The translations under genes were made by a program, and so were the position numbers. From an uncultured delta proteobacterium (GTDB lineage: Bacteria; Bdellovibrionota; FAC87; UBA2466), in contig CAVZSV010000004.1 of NCBI GenBank assembly GCA_963778115.1, positions 2,016,001 through 2,080,000 on the forward strand: a DNA stretch of 64,000 nucleotides. The letters are read 5' to 3'. Below are positions 61,551 through 64,000 of this stretch, one piece after another; position 1 is the first letter of the stretch, and every line of letters begins with the position of its first letter. The notes beneath the pieces were generated by a model that ran no database searches, was not told where the DNA came from, and was given only the letters and a program-made list of their open reading frames with translations.

Positions 61551-63464
61551 ATGTTCCACGTGAAACAATTCGATGTCGTGGTGGTGGGAAGTGGACATGC
61601 CGGCTGCGAGGCTGCTTTAGCATCGGCTCGAATGGGGCTTTCGACCGCCATGGTGACCTTGGACCCGTCAAAAACCGGAGAGATGTCCTGTAACCCCTCT
61701 ATCGGGGGCGTAGGTAAGGGACAACTAGCCAAAGAGATAGACGCATTGGGCGGCGAGATGGGTAAGAACGCCGACTTTACCGGGATCCAATTCAAACGGC
61801 TCAATACCCGTAAAGGGAGCGCGGTCCAATCCTCGCGCTGCCAATCTGACAAACGCCAATATGCCTTGCGAATGCAACGAGTAGTGGGCGAACAGGCGGG
61901 CCTGTCGTGCGTTCAGGGAGAAGTAAAACAACTTCTCGTCGAAGGAACAGTCATACGCGGGGTTGCCCTAAGGACACCGTCGGGTGAGTCAGTGGAGTTA
62001 GCATCGAAAACCGTGATCATCACCTCCGGAACCTTTATGAGGGGGCTCATGCATTGTGGATCGGACACCTCTCGCGGGGGGAGGCATGGAGAGGCCCCCT
62101 CTGAAGGCCTCTCCGACCAACTGAGAGAATTGAAGCTTCCCCTTCTCCGCCTGAAAACCGGGACCCCGCCCAGGCTACTGCGTGGAAGTATCGATTTCAG
62201 CCAAATGCAGGAACAAGGGGGTGACAATCCACCCCGACGATTTAGCTTTTCGGATACTCGCATTGAGCTCCCCCAAGTCTCCTGCTTCCTAACCTATACC
62301 AATCCCGAGACCCACAACGCGATTCGGGGAAGTCTAGATAGAAGTCCCCTTTACAGTGGTAAGATACTTGGGGTCGGCCCCCGTTATTGCCCCTCTATCG
62401 AGGACAAAGTCGTAAAATTTCCAGACAAGGGGAGGCACCAGCTCTTTTTCGAGCCGGAAGCACTTGATTCCGATTGGATTTATCCCAACGGCATCTCTAC
62501 CAGTCTTCCGTCGGACGTTCAGGAGGTCTTCGTAAAGACCCTTCCGGGGTGCGAAAACGTAAAATTTGCTCGTTACGGCTACGCTGTGGAATACGATTGC
62601 TGTGATCCTATTCAGCTCAAACACTCTCTCGAGTCTAAGATTATAGAGGGGCTATTCTTGGCAGGCCAGGTGAACGGGACCTCCGGCTATGAGGAGGCCG
62701 GTGCCCAGGGCCTGATGGCTGGTATCAATGCTGGGTTGAAAGTTCAAGGTAGAAAACCACTCATACTTTCTCGATCTGAAGCCTATATCGGTGTGATGAT
62801 CGATGATTTGGTCACGCAAGGAGTCTCTGAACCCTACCGGATGTTCACCTCCCGTGCGGAGTTTCGCCTTTCTTTGCGCGAGGATAATGCGGATTTGAGG
62901 CTTCGGCCGCACGGACGAGAAGTCGGCCTCGTGACGGATGCGGACTATGAACGATTTCTAGAGAGAAAAGGGCGCTTGGACAGGGCCAAGAACTACCTGG
63001 CAAAGACCTGGCTCAAACCGGGGGCTGAAGTTCAGCAAAAGCTGGCAGAATGGAGCAGTCCTCCCCTTGCCTCCGCTCAAACACTCGCCCAATTACTTCG
63101 TCGACCGGAACTGGACGTAAACCATATCTTTCAATTGAGCGCCCACGACTCCCTAGCCTCGCTCGATGAAGAAGCCAAAGAGACTCTCGAAGTGGAACTT
63201 AAGTACGAAGGCTATATCAATCTTCAGAGAGAGGAGATCGAACGACTTAATCGAATGGGCGACGTCAGTTTTCCTGAAGAATTTAATTTTGGCACGGTGA
63301 GGGGGCTTTCTTTTGAGATACGCGAAAAGTTAATGCGCTTCAAACCTCGGACCCTAGCCGATGCCTCCCGAATGTCGGGAATGACCCCGGCTGCCATTAG
63401 TACCCTGCTCTTTCATCTGCGGCAGAAAGGAAAATCGTCTGCTAACCTTACGCCCGCAATTTGA
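61551..63464 (+). CDS. mnmG: tRNA uridine 5-carboxymethylaminomethyl modification enzyme (GidA)
   Basis: GHAGCEAA, MSCNPSIGG, LKTGTPPR, GPRYCPSIEDK, AGQVNGTSGYEEA; start placed at ATG 61551. Confidence 0.97.
   Translation: MFHVKQFDVVVVGSGHAGCEAALASARMGLSTAMVTLDPSKTGEMSCNPSIGGVGKGQLAKEIDALGGEMGKNADFTGIQFKRLNTRKGSAVQSSRCQSDKRQYALRMQRVVGEQAGLSCVQGEVKQLLVEGTVIRGVALRTPSGESVELASKTVIITSGTFMRGLMHCGSDTSRGGRHGEAPSEGLSDQLRELKLPLLRLKTGTPPRLLRGSIDFSQMQEQGGDNPPRRFSFSDTRIELPQVSCFLTYTNPETHNAIRGSLDRSPLYSGKILGVGPRYCPSIEDKVVKFPDKGRHQLFFEPEALDSDWIYPNGISTSLPSDVQEVFVKTLPGCENVKFARYGYAVEYDCCDPIQLKHSLESKIIEGLFLAGQVNGTSGYEEAGAQGLMAGINAGLKVQGRKPLILSRSEAYIGVMIDDLVTQGVSEPYRMFTSRAEFRLSLREDNADLRLRPHGREVGLVTDADYERFLERKGRLDRAKNYLAKTWLKPGAEVQQKLAEWSSPPLASAQTLAQLLRRPELDVNHIFQLSAHDSLASLDEEAKETLEVELKYEGYINLQREEIERLNRMGDVSFPEEFNFGTVRGLSFEIREKLMRFKPRTLADASRMSGMTPAAISTLLFHLRQKGKSSANLTPAI
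61552..61567. promoter_or_regulatory. parS centromere-like site
   Basis: TGTTCCACGTGAAACA matches the TGTTNCACGTGAAACA consensus; about 6 kb from oriC. Confidence 0.92.
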
Positions 63465-63489
63465 AGAGTTTCATGCGGGACTTCCACCC

Positions 63490-64000
63490 GTGCAAGAACG
63501 TGAGTTGTCCCTCTATGAACGCCACTTCACCTTGCTCCAGCAATGGAACCAGCACATTGGCCTTGTCTCTCGCAAAAGCATTGATAGAGCGTTCGCGATT
63601 CACTATGCGGACAGCCTTTTCATCTCCGATTTGGCGTCGCCCTATGCATCGGGGCTGGTCCACGACTTGGGCACGGGGGCCGGCTTTCCCGGCATTGTGT
63701 TTTCTATCCGTTATCCAGACCGAGAGGTTAGGCTATACGAAAAACTTCTAAAGAAGCAGACGTTCCTCACGGCGGTGTTGGCAGACTTAAGACTTTCGAA
63801 AACGACTTTGAATGGAGCCTTTCCGGACGCGCCACAGTCTGGATTGTTTCTAGCTCGTGCCGTCTTTCCGCGAGCTGAACTTTTTAAGTTCCTTTCCGCT
63901 CGAATGAAGAACGATTCTATCCTAATCACAAATCTCGGTGGCAGCCCAGCCGATTTAGAGATCCCAAACGGGTTTTTCAAGTTGGACGAGAAGAGTTATA
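63490..64000 (+). CDS. rsmG: 16S rRNA m7G527 methyltransferase (GidB), runs off the window end; not in the ORF track
   Basis: Manual translation LLQQWNQHIGLVS…HYADSL…DLGTGAGFPGI…LARAV; no stop up to 64000; start GTG 63490 (CTG 63439 possible). Confidence 0.9.
   Translation, partial: MQERELSLYERHFTLLQQWNQHIGLVSRKSIDRAFAIHYADSLFISDLASPYASGLVHDLGTGAGFPGIVFSIRYPDREVRLYEKLLKKQTFLTAVLADLRLSKTTLNGAFPDAPQSGLFLARAVFPRAELFKFLSARMKNDSILITNLGGSPADLEIPNGFFKLDEKSY

Noticed and set aside
63461..63751. 96-aa ORF after mnmG
   Set aside because: Alternative frame overlapping the real rsmG frame

Overview
Chromosomal replication-origin region of a Gram-negative bacterium, probably Bdellovibrionota or another deltaproteobacterial-type lineage (inferred from gene order: TPR-atpZ...atpB-atpE next to gyrA without the rest of the atp operon, and a GYF-like/TPR gene before serS). 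The right third is the canonical origin block: gyrA-gyrB-dnaN-[oriC]-dnaA on the minus strand, then rpmH-rnpA-yidD-yidC-mnmE-mnmG-rsmG on the plus strand, with a consensus parS at the mnmG start and no recF. The rest is housekeeping, envelope and signalling genes. I recognised no transposase, integrase, phage, CRISPR, rRNA or tRNA. The most striking observation is an apparent 112-bp inversion between 6-bp inverted repeats (37118-37241). It swaps the C-termini of the convergent sco and ampG genes in frame, so SCO carries what looks like AmpG's last TM helix and AmpG lacks it. This is either a real intragenic inversion or an amplification/assembly chimera. Other observations: a candidate ~210-nt structured ncRNA with its own terminator (12267-12478); a 26-bp tandem hairpin array in front of serS; a helically phased array of low-affinity DnaA-like sites in oriC; three families of palindromic repeat elements; a palindrome shared at two translation starts; a secreted protein with an HExxGH motif behind a sigma54-type promoter; and a frameshifted Na/Pi cotransporter. 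All product calls come from motif recognition, not database searches.
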